Source: an uncultured Solirubrobacteraceae bacterium (lineage in GTDB: Bacteria; Actinomycetota; Thermoleophilia; Solirubrobacterales; Solirubrobacteraceae). Taken from it: 64,000 nt of DNA. The stretch covers positions 244,885 to 308,884 of the forward strand of contig CAVTIF010000001.1 in the NCBI GenBank assembly GCA_963734755.1, given 5' to 3'. Below, in pieces: positions 47,796 to 58,283 of this stretch. The first letter of the stretch is position 1. Each line of letters opens with the position of its first letter. The notes beneath the pieces are model-generated. The model did no database searches, was not told the DNA's origin, and was given only the letters and a program-made list of their open reading frames with translations. The translations under genes and the position numbers were made by a program.

Positions 47796-47821
47796 TTCGC
47801 GCGCGGGCCCAAAACGGATCA
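47796..47821 (-). promoter_or_regulatory. Putative ECF promoter TGATCC-N15-GCGAA
   Basis: Same layout as at 4335, including the downstream TCACAG; faces the ferritin-like gene. Confidence 0.6.
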
Positions 47822-47860
47822 CTGTGAGCCTGCTCGCCACGCAGCGGTTACGCTGGCGAA

Positions 47861-48559
47861 ATGGCCAGCGACGCCACGGCCGCAGCGCAGCCGCTGTCGG
47901 CGACGACCGGGTTCGTGTCGGCTCTGACTGCTGAAGAGCGGGCCGAGCTGCAGCGGCGCGCCCGCAGCCGGCGCTTCAAGAGTGGCGCGACGATCTTTCA
48001 CGAGGGCACCGCCTCCGACTGCGTGATCGCGATCGTGCGTGGGCGCGTCAAGGTCTCGACGGCCACCGCCTCGGGCAAGGAGGTGCTGCTGGCGATCCGC
48101 GGCCCGGGGGACTTGCTCGGTGAGCTGTCGGCGATCGACGGGATCGCGCGCTCGGCGAGCGTCAGCGCGCTCGAGCCGGTAGAGATTCTGGTCATCCCGA
48201 GCGGGGAGTTTCGGGCGTTCCTCGAACTCAGCCCGCGCGTCGCGTTGCTGCTGCTTGAGGTGATCGGCTCGCGACTGCGCGACGCCGACCGCAAGCTGGT
48301 CGAGTTCGCTGCCTATGACACGGTCGGCCGCGTCGCCGCGCGTCTGGTCGAGCTGGTGCAGGAGCACGGCCAGTCCGGCGCAGTCGGCTATGAGATAACG
48401 CTGCCCCTGTCGCAGGAGGAACTGGCAGGTTTCACCGGCGCCTCGCGCGAGGCGGTCGCCAAGGCATTGCGCACGATGCGTGAGCTCGGATGGCTGATCA
48501 CCGAGCGACGGCGGGTCACGGTCATCGACCTGGAGGCGTTGCGCAGGCGTTCGATGTAA
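47861..48559 (+). CDS. Crp/Fnr family regulator
   Basis: IFHEG, GELSAIDG..RSA, LSQEELAGFTGASREAV. Confidence 0.93.
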   Translation: MASDATAAAQPLSATTGFVSALTAEERAELQRRARSRRFKSGATIFHEGTASDCVIAIVRGRVKVSTATASGKEVLLAIRGPGDLLGELSAIDGIARSASVSALEPVEILVIPSGEFRAFLELSPRVALLLLEVIGSRLRDADRKLVEFAAYDTVGRVAARLVELVQEHGQSGAVGYEITLPLSQEELAGFTGASREAVAKALRTMRELGWLITERRRVTVIDLEALRRRSM

Positions 48560-48771
48560 GCGACGCCCTTGCCGTGTCGAGCGCCGAGTCGTGGATGCGC
48601 GCCGCGGTCGCGTCGTCGGAGACGGGCGCCGGGAGCGTGTCGAAGTACACGTTGGGGAAGTGCACGACGACATGGTCACGGGGCGCGTGTGGGGCGTAAC
48701 GTGACGCTCACAATTAAACAACCACCGCCGAGTCCGGGTCCGAAGCTCGGCAGCGGCTAGAGGAGAGCACC

Positions 48772-49851
48772 ATGTCAGCCACTGATGCAGCGCCCCCGAT
48801 CGACGAAGGCCGCCTGAACCAGTTCATGGGCCAGTTCGTGCAAGACCTCGGAGCGGCATTGAGTGTCGCGACGGTTGTGATTGGCGACAAGCTCGGCCTG
48901 TACAAGGCGATGGCCGACAGCCAACCGGTGAGCGCCGCGGAGCTCGCCGCGCGCACAGGAACCGACGAGCGCTACGTGCGCGAGTGGCTGTCCGCACAGG
49001 CGGCCGGCGGCTACGTCACCTACGACGCGCCGAGCGAGCGCTTCACGCTACCTCCCGAGCAGTCGATGGCGCTCGCGCAGGATGACAGCCCGGCGTTCAT
49101 CCCCGGAGCGTTTCAGCTGGCCGCGTCGGTGATCAAGGACGAGCCGAAGATCGAGGCCGCGTTCCGCTCCGGCGAGGGCGTCGGCTGGCACCAGCACGAC
49201 GGCGACCTGTTCTGCGGCACCGAGCGCTTCTTCCGGCCCGGGTACGTCGCCAACCTCGTCTCCAGCTGGATCCCCGCGCTCGATGGCGTGCACGAGAAGC
49301 TCATCGCGGGCGCGTCCGTCGCGGACATTGGTTGCGGCCACGGTGCCTCGACGGTGATCCTCGCGCAGTCCTATCCGAACTCGAAGTTCGTCGGCTACGA
49401 CTACCACCCGGAATCGATCGAGCACGCGCAGGCGCGCGCCCGCGACGCCGGCGTCGCGGATCGCGCCAGCTTCGAGATCGCCTCGTCCAAGGACTTCCCC
49501 GGCGAGGGCTATGACCTGGTGGCGATGTTCGACTGCCTGCACGACATGGGCGACCCGGTCGGCGCCGCCGCGCACGTCCACAAGGCGCTCAACCCGGACG
49601 GCACATGGCTGATCGTCGAGCCGTTCGCCAACGACCGGCTCGAGGACAACCTCAACCCGGTCGGGCGTCTGTTCTACAGCGCCTCCACGATGATCTGCAC
49701 CCCCGCGTCACGCGACCAGGAGGTCGGCCTGGCGCTCGGCGCACAGGCCGGCGAGGCGCGTCTGCGCGACGTCGTCGAGCAGGGCGGCTTCACCCGCTTC
49801 CGCCGTGCGACCGAGACGCCATTCAACCTGGTGCTCGAGGCGCGGCCGTAA
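48772..49851 (+). CDS. wHTH + class I SAM methyltransferase (Rv2258c-like)
   Basis: GDKLGLY, ERYVREWL, ADIGCGHG, FDCLHDMGDP, GAQAGE. Confidence 0.9.
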   Translation: MSATDAAPPIDEGRLNQFMGQFVQDLGAALSVATVVIGDKLGLYKAMADSQPVSAAELAARTGTDERYVREWLSAQAAGGYVTYDAPSERFTLPPEQSMALAQDDSPAFIPGAFQLAASVIKDEPKIEAAFRSGEGVGWHQHDGDLFCGTERFFRPGYVANLVSSWIPALDGVHEKLIAGASVADIGCGHGASTVILAQSYPNSKFVGYDYHPESIEHAQARARDAGVADRASFEIASSKDFPGEGYDLVAMFDCLHDMGDPVGAAAHVHKALNPDGTWLIVEPFANDRLEDNLNPVGRLFYSASTMICTPASRDQEVGLALGAQAGEARLRDVVEQGGFTRFRRATETPFNLVLEARP

Positions 49852-49869
49852 CGGCGCCGTGATACTCGC

Positions 49870-51330
49870 TCAGCGCCCCCTCGCACGTGCGCCGGCGCGC
49901 GCGAGTGACGGGGCGCGGCGGGCGATCGTCCGCGCCAGGCGGTCGCTCAGCGCCGGGTGAACGGGGGCCAGCCCGTCGAGCGTCGCTGCGCCGTCCTCGC
50001 GTCGGCCGTCCTGGACGGCGAACAGCGCCCACTCGCCCGGTACGCCCTTGAGGACGTGAGTGCCGTGCGGCTGAAACTCGATGTCCGATCCGACGACGAG
50101 GTCCTTGACGGTGCTCGACACGAGGATCTCACCGCTCGACGCCAAGCTCATCACGCGCGCGCCGATGTGGACGGCGATCCCGCCGAGGTCGCCGTCCAGC
50201 AGTCGGCACTCGCCGCTGTGCAGGCCAGTTCTGATCTCGATTCCCAGCTCGAGCAGCTGATCGCGGATCGCGCCCGCGCAGCGAATCGCACGCGCGGGGC
50301 CGTCGAACGTCGCGAGGAAGCCGTCGCCGGTGTGCTTGACCTCACGTCCGTCGAAGCGCTGCAGCTGCCCGCGAACTAGCGTGTCATGGCGGTTCAGCAG
50401 CTCGCGCCAGCGGCGGTCGCCGAGCTCGGCCGCGCGGTCGGTCGAGCCGACGATGTCGGTGAACAGCACCGTGGCGAGCAGGCGGTCCGGCTCGCGTGCT
50501 GCGCGCCCGCCCGTGAGCGCCTGCTCAATCTCCTCGGCGATCCGGTCGGCGTCGTGCGTGAACGGCGCGTGGTCGATCCCGTCGAGTTCCAAAAGGCGCG
50601 CGCCTGGGATGTGCTCGGCGGCATAGCGTGCGTTCTCGACCGGGATCGAGCTCCCGGTGTGGTGGATCACCAGCGTCGGCGCGGTGATCGTCCTCAGCAC
50701 GTGGCGCACGTCGCCCTGGACGAACGAGTCCCACATCGCCAGCGCCATCCCCGGGCTCATCGACGCACGTTCGAACGCTCCGTACAGGCGCCTGGCCAGC
50801 GCGCTTGCAGCGAGGCTCGGTGCGACCAGCTCGAGCGACGCGCCCTCTCCCCAGCAGGCGATCGCCTCACGCGAGCGGCGATCGACCTCCAGCCAGTGCT
50901 CGCCGCCAGGGTTCTGCTGCGCGTCGAGCAGCCCGCACACCCATGCCTCGTACATCACCAGTGCTGCCGTGCGTTGCGGGTAGGTCGCGGCGAACAGCGC
51001 CGCCATCATGCCCCCCTCGGAGTAGCCGAGCAGCGCCGCGCGCTCGGATTCGACCGCGTCCATCACCGCGCGGATGTCATCCATCCGCTCCTCCAGCGTC
51101 GGCATGCGGGTCGCCGGATCGGACAGGCCGACGCCGCGCTTGTCGAACACGATCACGCGCGCGAACTCCGCCAGGCGCCGCAGGAACCGAGTCAACGTCG
51201 GGTCCGTCCACTGGAAGTCCAGATGCGACACCCAGCCGAACGTGAACACCAGGTCGATCGGCCCGTCGCCCACCACCTGATACGCGATGTTCAGCTCGCC
51301 GCTGCGTGCGTACTGGGTCTTGGGTTGCAT
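49870..51330 (-). CDS. Alpha/beta hydrolase - class III adenylate cyclase fusion (LipJ/Rv1900c-like)
   Basis: FDKRGVGLSD, GYSEGG; ATVLFTDIVGST, TGDGFLA, GIAVHIGARV. Confidence 0.92.
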   Translation of the reverse strand: MQPKTQYARSGELNIAYQVVGDGPIDLVFTFGWVSHLDFQWTDPTLTRFLRRLAEFARVIVFDKRGVGLSDPATRMPTLEERMDDIRAVMDAVESERAALLGYSEGGMMAALFAATYPQRTAALVMYEAWVCGLLDAQQNPGGEHWLEVDRRSREAIACWGEGASLELVAPSLAASALARRLYGAFERASMSPGMALAMWDSFVQGDVRHVLRTITAPTLVIHHTGSSIPVENARYAAEHIPGARLLELDGIDHAPFTHDADRIAEEIEQALTGGRAAREPDRLLATVLFTDIVGSTDRAAELGDRRWRELLNRHDTLVRGQLQRFDGREVKHTGDGFLATFDGPARAIRCAGAIRDQLLELGIEIRTGLHSGECRLLDGDLGGIAVHIGARVMSLASSGEILVSSTVKDLVVGSDIEFQPHGTHVLKGVPGEWALFAVQDGRREDGAATLDGLAPVHPALSDRLARTIARRAPSLARAGARARGR

Positions 51331-51416
51331 CCGCCGGCCCCCGCAACTGTACTGCCGCTCGCTGATTGCGACCCTGTGGGGAGAGCCGGCAGGTCCCCGG
51401 TAAACTACCTCGCTCT

Positions 51417-51490
<74 letters not shown>

Positions 51491-51567
51491 TTTTTGCCGG
51501 TGGCGTGATCAGCCAGTATTCATCGCGGTTTACACGGCTTTTGTGCTGGCTGACAACCCTGATCAGT

Positions 51568-51682
51568 GGCAACAGCGGGGGCAACAGGGCAACACATGGG
51601 ATGTTGCCCCGAACAATCATGATTTGCAGGACTTTAGTCCTGCACCGCAAACCCCTTATGCATGGCAACAGTGGTGGCAAAC
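51568..51682. repeat. GGCAACA direct repeats, candidate arm-type sites for integrase 1
   Basis: Copies at 51568, 51580, 51588 and 51664, plus a variant near 51676. Confidence 0.6.
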
Positions 51683-52807
51683 GGACAGCCAAATGGGGGG
51701 TCGCTCAAGCGCACCTCCCACCCGGGGGTGTATCGCCGCGGCTCCGCTTTCGTCGCCATATACCGGCGCGAGGGACGCCAGCACAAGGAGTCAGCCGCGA
51801 CGTTCGCCGAGGCTCGCGCGATCAAGCTCGCACGGGACGCCGAAACACCGGCTCTACGGATGGGACCGACTCTGCACGACTACGCACTGAAGTGGGTGTC
51901 CGGCCACGCCGGGAGTGGGCACGACTCCATCCGTGAGCGCACGCGAGAGGAATACAACCGGCTGCTCGTCACCTTCGCGCTGGCGTACTTCGAGACTGAT
52001 GTCCGGCTCTGTGACCTCGACCGCCGCGTCCTGCAAGGCTTCATCAGCTGGCTGACCGATCAACCCGGGCGCGAGGGGCCGCGCCTCTCTGACCGCTCGA
52101 TCCGCAATGCGCTGACCCCGCTACGCATGTGCCTGCAGGCGGCCGCCACAGAAGGACTGATCGGCAAAGAGCTCGACGAGACCCTCATGCTGCCAAAACG
52201 CCGGGGCGGACGACGCTGGGAATTCACCGAGCGCAGATTCCTGACCCGTCCAGCGCTCAGCAGGCTACTCGGAGAGATACCACCCGCACACAAACCACTG
52301 TTCGTGCTGCTCGCCGCCACTGGACTGCGCATCTCCGAGGCGATCGCGCTGCGCTGGTGCGACCTCGACCTCGACCTACCCACACCACACCTGCGGGTAC
52401 GAAGAGCAATCGTCAACGGCACGCTCGGCGCACCCAAGTCCCGTCACGGCGCACGCGCCATCCCCCTCTCGGCCGAGCTCGCCGAACGACTCAGCGCTCT
52501 GCGACCAGCCGGCGCCGACCCTGAGGACCTCGTATTCCAAAACACTCGCGGAAAGCCGATCAAACCCGACAACCTCCGCAACCGCGTTTTGAAGCCCGCG
52601 GCAAAACGCGCCGAACTGACTGGGATCGGACTGCACACACTCCGCCACACATGCGCCTCGTTGCTGATCGCCGAAAACGCCAGCATGCTGCGCCTCCAAC
52701 GCTGGATGGGCCACCACTCCGCCGCCTACACCCTCGAAACCTACGGGCACCTACTCGACGGAGAGCTCGGCACCCCACTCGAGCTCAAACACCTCGGCGT
52801 CTCTTAG
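51662..52807 (+). CDS. Tyrosine recombinase/integrase, apparently intact
   Basis: TGLRISEA..LRW, PK, HTLRHT, WMGHHS...LETYGH. Confidence 0.93.
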   Translation: MATVVANGQPNGGSLKRTSHPGVYRRGSAFVAIYRREGRQHKESAATFAEARAIKLARDAETPALRMGPTLHDYALKWVSGHAGSGHDSIRERTREEYNRLLVTFALAYFETDVRLCDLDRRVLQGFISWLTDQPGREGPRLSDRSIRNALTPLRMCLQAAATEGLIGKELDETLMLPKRRGGRRWEFTERRFLTRPALSRLLGEIPPAHKPLFVLLAATGLRISEAIALRWCDLDLDLPTPHLRVRRAIVNGTLGAPKSRHGARAIPLSAELAERLSALRPAGADPEDLVFQNTRGKPIKPDNLRNRVLKPAAKRAELTGIGLHTLRHTCASLLIAENASMLRLQRWMGHHSAAYTLETYGHLLDGELGTPLELKHLGVS

Positions 52808-52948
52808 GGAAACGCCCGTGTTGGGACTTTGTGCAGCGCTCGCGCTGTCGCCGGTCCCTCCGATTGGCTGATCGAAAACGCCGACCAAACAGGTCTCTTC
52901 AGGTAGCTGAACCACGGTCGGCTACCGTGGGCCACAAAGGATTCTGAA

Positions 52949-53302
52949 ATGTGGCACCCGTCCCTAGATACGTACGAGACCGACCTCGACTTCGCCGAGA
53001 CCCTTGCCGCGCTGATGGGCCTGGTCGGACGACATGTCTCGGTTACAACGGCAGACCGAGAGGGAAAGCCGATCCTCGTGGCGCGCCTGGAGGGGACTCT
53101 TCGGAGGGCAGCTGATGTCTCAATCCTCCGACGCTCGGACGCGGAGGCACAGTTCTTCTACGTCACCGACAATGAGGCGGACGAGCGGCCCATTGGCTTC
53201 ATGCTCCACGCTGGGGTCTTTGGTGGCGGTCAGCGTGACAACGATCAGCGCGTACGGTTTCTACAGGGCGGGGTCCTCGTAGACGTGTGCGCCGAGGACT
53301 AG
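52949..53302 (+). CDS. Hypothetical protein
   Basis: 117-aa ORF in the element cargo. Confidence 0.55.
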   Translation: MWHPSLDTYETDLDFAETLAALMGLVGRHVSVTTADREGKPILVARLEGTLRRAADVSILRRSDAEAQFFYVTDNEADERPIGFMLHAGVFGGGQRDNDQRVRFLQGGVLVDVCAED

Positions 53303-53326
53303 CCGCGAACCGCGAGGCATTGCTGT

Positions 53327-55145
53327 ATGGATGAAGGGTCACCTAACCCCGACCAGCTGATTCGGCAGATCCGCTTTTCGCTGTCGGAGCTGCCTGCTCG
53401 CAACGGTCATCACGAGTTCGAGGAGGCTTGCCGCCATCTCGCGCATGCACGGATAGCGGTGAACATTCTGCCGGCGACTGGCCCTGTCTCGTCAGGCGGC
53501 GACCAGGGGCGGGATTTCGAGACTTTCCACAGCTATCTCGCCGAGACGTTGAGTGATCGCGGGTGGTTCACGGGGCTCGTCCCATCGGGTCGATCGTCGG
53601 CCTCTGCACGCTCCAGAAGGGATCGGTTGCCGGCAAGGTCCTCAATGATGTCGAGAAGATCTGCCGTGCCGATCAGCCGCCTGAGCGGATCTATGCCTTC
53701 CTCGGAGCCGACATGCCCGTCGCTCAGCGTCACAGACTGATCGAGAAGGCCAAGGTCAAGTATCACGTGGAGCTGGAGGTTCTGGATGCAAACGCAATCG
53801 CTGAGCAGCTTTGCGACTTCGATACCTACTGGATCGCGGTGCGCTATCTATCGCTCCCCGAGCAGTTCGCCCCGCCACGCCCCGCGACCGACGGACCCGA
53901 GCAGCCAGAGTGGTACATCGATCTGCTGTCGTACTGGCGCAAGCCAGATTCCGAGCCGCAATCACTGGCCGACCTAATCGCGATTCGCGAGGGCTTGCGC
54001 CGCGCGACTTTCGATCCAGACTCGCGAGCCGACCTCCCGTTCTGGCTCGATCTGGTCCGCCCGCTTGCCGACCAGAATGCCGATCGCGATCTGCTTCAGC
54101 GTGCACGCTATGAGATGGTCGTCGCCAGCATCCGCGGGCTGGGCGACCTTCGAGCGGTCGACACGCTGGCCGACGCGTTCCTCGGCGCGTCCGTCAGGAC
54201 GACAGACCCGTCGCGCCTCGAAGACGCCTCGATCGTTCTCTCCTACGCAGGGACCGCGGCCTCGATCGGCCACTCCGATCTGGATTTGGGCATTCTTGGC
54301 GACCACCGACGAGCCCTTCGGAGCCGCGTTGCAGAGCTGCTGGCCGACGATCCACCGCCGGTCCGCAAGACACGACTCCTCCAGGTCGCCGGGCATCTTT
54401 CGCTCTCCCCCGACAGCGCGCGGCTATCCCGAGACACCGAGGATCGCGCCCCGAGCCAGGTCGCGATGCTCGATCAACCCAGGGAACCGATCGCCCCGCC
54501 CGAAGCCGTAGGGATGTCAGACATCGTTGATGTCGACGACGCTCTGCGGTATTGGACAGAGCTGGCCACGCTCATCCCCGACACACCGCTATTCCCGGTC
54601 GAGGACTTCGCCGAGATCGTGCAGTACCTCACCCCAGTACTGATCGACGCGGACGGTTGGGAGGATCTCGTCACCTCATTGGACGAAGCGATTGGACGTG
54701 TCGCTGGAGCCGCGCGCGTTGGGGAAGGATGTCGCGACCGTGGCGTTGCCCTCAGAGCCGCCGGTCGCCCGCTCGACGCTCTTCACGAGATCCACCGAGC
54801 CAAGCTCGAATGGTGGACAGGTGACACTCTGCGCGGTGCTTTGCTCGCGATGACCCTCATCGCGCAGCTCTACCGCGATTTGAAGCTGCCGCTCGCCGCC
54901 AAGCAATACGCCCTTGCCGTGGCTGGCGCGGCGCAATCCGTGGGTGACGACGAGGTCGCCGACCTCGTGCCTACCGGGATGCTCCTTGCCTCTGAGATCA
55001 GCTACCAGGCCGGAGACTGGCTCGCGGCGCTGGAGGAGCTCGATCGGGGTGATCGCGATGCACGCACTTGGACAGGAGGGATCCCCGACAGTCAGCGGGT
55101 TGGCACAGCGGGCGACGTTCACTGCCGCCATGTGCCTTCGCGGGG
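53327..55145 (+). pseudogene. Restriction-endonuclease-like N-terminus plus long helical/TPR-like region; frameshift near 53580, 3'-truncated
   Basis: HHEFEE..R...GPVSSGGDQGRDFETF; coding signal breaks where the opposite-strand SAS fragment begins. Confidence 0.6.
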
Positions 55146-55584
55146 CGCGGACGATCGTCCAAGACTTCAGCAGTCTGCGCCGCACGCGATACACGTGGGG
55201 TACGCTCGGCACCACCGCGCGCACGCCGCCGATGTCCTGCATCTGCGTGACGTTCCCGCGCTCGCGGTCGAGCTTGCCAACGAGCGTGTCCTGGCGCTTG
55301 AGGCGCTGCGCGACCTCTACCCGCCCATCGACTTGCGCCTCGGCCTTCGAGACGTGGTAGCGCAGGTTCGCAGCCACCATCGACAACGGTCGCGCGTGCA
55401 GGCTTCGCCACCACTCAAACGCCTCACGGGCCGCCTCTATGGAAGCCTCATCGGTTGCGCGAAGCGCGCGCTCCGCGCCTTCGACGTCTACCCGTCGGCG
55501 CAGCTCCAGGAGGAACATCCCGGCACGGTTAACCTGCCCCTTGGAGAGCCGCGGAGCCGACACATCCCTCGCTCTCTGCTTCAC
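55145..55584 (-). pseudogene. RelA/SpoT-domain small alarmone synthetase, 3'-truncated
   Basis: VAQRLKRQDTLVGKL...TQMQDIGGVRAVV; ends at TIVR before the expected D-Y...GYR motif. Confidence 0.75.
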
Positions 55585-57198
55585 CGAGCAACCCTATCGG
55601 CGGCTTCGGGCAAGGTCGACGTGAATGCCGCCGTGAACACCTGCGCCTGCTCAGACGCCGGGCGCGCGTGCAGGTAGCGGCTCGTTGTGGCAAGCGCGCT
55701 GTGCCCCATTGCCTTCTGGATCGTGACGACGTCAACTCCATTGGCGGCCAGGAGTGACCCGAACGTATGCCGCAGGTCGTGGAAGCGCAGCGGCCGAACG
55801 CCGGCCGCGATCTGCGCGCGCCGGTAGCGGCGGCGCAGCGCCGAGTCATCCAGTGTGCGGCCGTAGACGTTGCAGAACACGAGGTCATCCGGCGCCGTGT
55901 ACCGCTCGCGCCGGCTCATGCGCTCGAGCGCGGCGGCAGCCTGGTCGGCCAGCGGCACGTTCTGCCGGACACTCGCCCCGACTGTCGTGGAGCCTCGAGT
56001 GCGCTCATAGCGCGAGCGTCGATCGTCAACGCGGACCTCCCGTGGCGAAGATCCACGTCGCGCCAGCGCAACGCCAACAATTGGTGTGATGGTTACGACC
56101 AAGGGCTACCAAGCAGGAGCGCAGCGCGTGGCGGACACGTACGGCATTGTCATCTGTGAGCTTCGAGCGCCGAACGAGGCGGATCTCGCTGGCCGAGTCC
56201 ACACTGTCCGAGTTCAGTTTGTACCTCGACTGCCCCAGGTGACTGACCTGGACGTGAAAACCACCGAGAAGTTGGGTCCGGATGTCGATTTCAATGGACC
56301 GCTTGGCGAGTTCTTCCTCGACCTTGAAGACGGAACTACCGAGGCGCTCGGCGACTGGCTGCCGAGGCGCAGTCCGGCGTATGGGGAGCCGACGACGGAC
56401 AAGCTCGGCGTCCTGCTCGTCGTCGGCTCGCCGTGCGGCCGTCTCGCCGCCGGTCATCGCGGGACGCGACGGGTCGCGGTGCTCGCCGGCAGCAAGCGCG
56501 CGAGCGACGGCCTCGACCTCCTCCGGCGTGTAGAACACGAGCGCGTCCGGGTGACGTTCGCGCCGCCGGTCGGCGTCGCTGGCAGGGTTTGCCGGCAGCG
56601 CGAACGTGGAGGGCTTGCGGCCGTAGTTGAAGACGGCGGACGCCACGCAGCGGTACTTGTTCACCGTGCGAGGAGACGCACTCGACGCACTCACGGTCGC
56701 CAGCACATCCTCGACCTCCCGCGTGGTGATCTTGGATGCCGGCCGATCGCCAAGGCCCGCCATCACGTACCCCTTGGTCGTGCCGCTCCCCCGCCTGTAG
56801 GCCACGCCGGGCTCGGCCAGGATGCTTTCGTGGTCGCGCAGCGTCGACGGCTTCGCGCCGCGCACGTTCTCGAGCCAGCCGAGATAGGCGTGGGCGACCT
56901 CACGGAACGTGACGCCGCGTGTCCGGCGTTCCTGCTCGATACGGTCGCGGTCGGCCGCTTCGGTCAGCATACTCGCCCGCGATCCGGGCGGCGGTACGAT
57001 CGCCGCGCGTTCGCTGTAGGAGCCATCTGGCACGCGGCCACTGCGCGCACGCCAACCGCCGCTGCTGGGATCGCGCTCAAGCCACGCCGGCCCGATGCGG
57101 CGCTTGATCTGACGGCCGTAGTGGCGGAACTTCGCCTCATAGAACGGCTGCCCGCCCTGCTCGCGGACGATGACGTTGGTGTTCGGTGTGGTACCCAT
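55581..57198 (-). pseudogene. Second tyrosine integrase, interrupted at its catalytic Arg motif
   Basis: N-terminal half to DAELVR; LALRWRDVD, RFHDLRHT, MGH and SRYLH after a ~300-bp foreign insert; additional indel. Confidence 0.8.
56085..56385 (+). pseudogene. Mrr-like restriction endonuclease fragment inserted in integrase 2
   Basis: VMVTTKGYQAGAQRVADTYGIVICELR. Confidence 0.55.
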
Positions 57199-57217
57199 GC
57201 CGACATCGTACAAGGCT

Positions 57218-57422
57218 TGGGTACCACATGGGTACCACTTTCTACGACAGTGGCGTGTGGGTACCACTTTGGGTACCAAACGGGCCGAATCTCAAGTGAG
57301 AAAGCCAGTTTTAGTCGGCCTAGATTGCCCCAATCTACGCGGTTCGGCGTTGGGCGATCGGCGTCGTGCGGACCATCAGATGCGATCGCCAAACCGAACA
57401 AATGGGTATCTTTTGGGTATCT
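57218..57422. repeat. Paired TGGGTACCA/TGGGTATCT repeats, candidate arm-type sites for integrase 2
   Basis: Pairs at 57218/57229, 57258/57270 and 57403/57414, next to attR. Confidence 0.65.
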
Positions 57423-57437
57423 CCGTTCACAAAGGCC

Positions 57438-57483
<46 letters not shown>

Positions 57484-57556
57484 TGTCGGTGGGGCAGCCG
57501 GTCGGCGGTCAAATGCTTCGCATCGCGTGCCTTCCGGTCGCGCAGGGCACCCGACC

Positions 57557-58249
57557 CTAGCGGCGATCGCCGCCGAGCGAGACCAGGTTCAGCGACGCGC
57601 CGCCGTCGATCGCGATGGCCTGCCCATTGATTTGGCCAGCCTGCTCGCCGGCGAGGAACGCGATCGCTGCGGCGATCTCCTCGGGCTCCACGGGCCGCCC
57701 GCTCGGCAGCAGGCCGAAGGCTCGATCGCGCACCTGCTCGGGCATCGCGAGAACCTGCTCGGTGGCGACCAGGCCGGGCAGGATCGCGTTGACCGTGATG
57801 CCGCGCGCCGCGTTCTCGGCGGCAAGCGTGCGAACCATCCCCAGCTGTCCCGCCTTCGAGGCGGCGTAGGCGACCTGGCCGGGCAGGCCGCCTAGCGCTG
57901 CGACGCTCGAGACGACCACGATCCGGCCATAGCCGCGCTCGCGCATCCCGCCCAAATACGCCTGGATGGTGCGAAACGCGCCGGTGAGGTTGACGTCGAT
58001 GTCGCGCTGCCACTGCTGCGCGGTCATCTCGTGGGCCGAGGCGATCGTCGTCGTGATGCCTGCGTTGGCAACGCACACGTCGACCTCGAGCGCGGGGAAC
58101 TCGTCGCGCGCGACGTCCAGGGCGATGTCGCAGCCCTCGCGCAGATCGACAGTCGTGACGGCGAAGCCGTCCGCTCTCAGCCTGGCGGCGCTCGCCGCGC
58201 CGATCCCACGAGCGGCGCCCGTAACCAGCGCGCGGCGTGTCTCGGTCAC
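57557..58249 (-). CDS. SDR family oxidoreductase
   Basis: TGAARGIG, ANAG, YAASK, NAILPG. Confidence 0.92.
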   Translation of the reverse strand: MTETRRALVTGAARGIGAASAARLRADGFAVTTVDLREGCDIALDVARDEFPALEVDVCVANAGITTTIASAHEMTAQQWQRDIDVNLTGAFRTIQAYLGGMRERGYGRIVVVSSVAALGGLPGQVAYAASKAGQLGMVRTLAAENAARGITVNAILPGLVATEQVLAMPEQVRDRAFGLLPSGRPVEPEEIAAAIAFLAGEQAGQINGQAIAIDGGASLNLVSLGGDRR

Positions 58250-58283
58250 AATTGGGCCCCGACGAGCATCGAAGGAGGGAACG

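Noticed and set aside
48701-48715. lac-operator-like AATTGTGAGCG / GTGA-N3-TCAC as a Crp site
   Set aside because: The spacing does not fit TGTGA-N6-TCACA, and an 11-bp match is plausible by chance.
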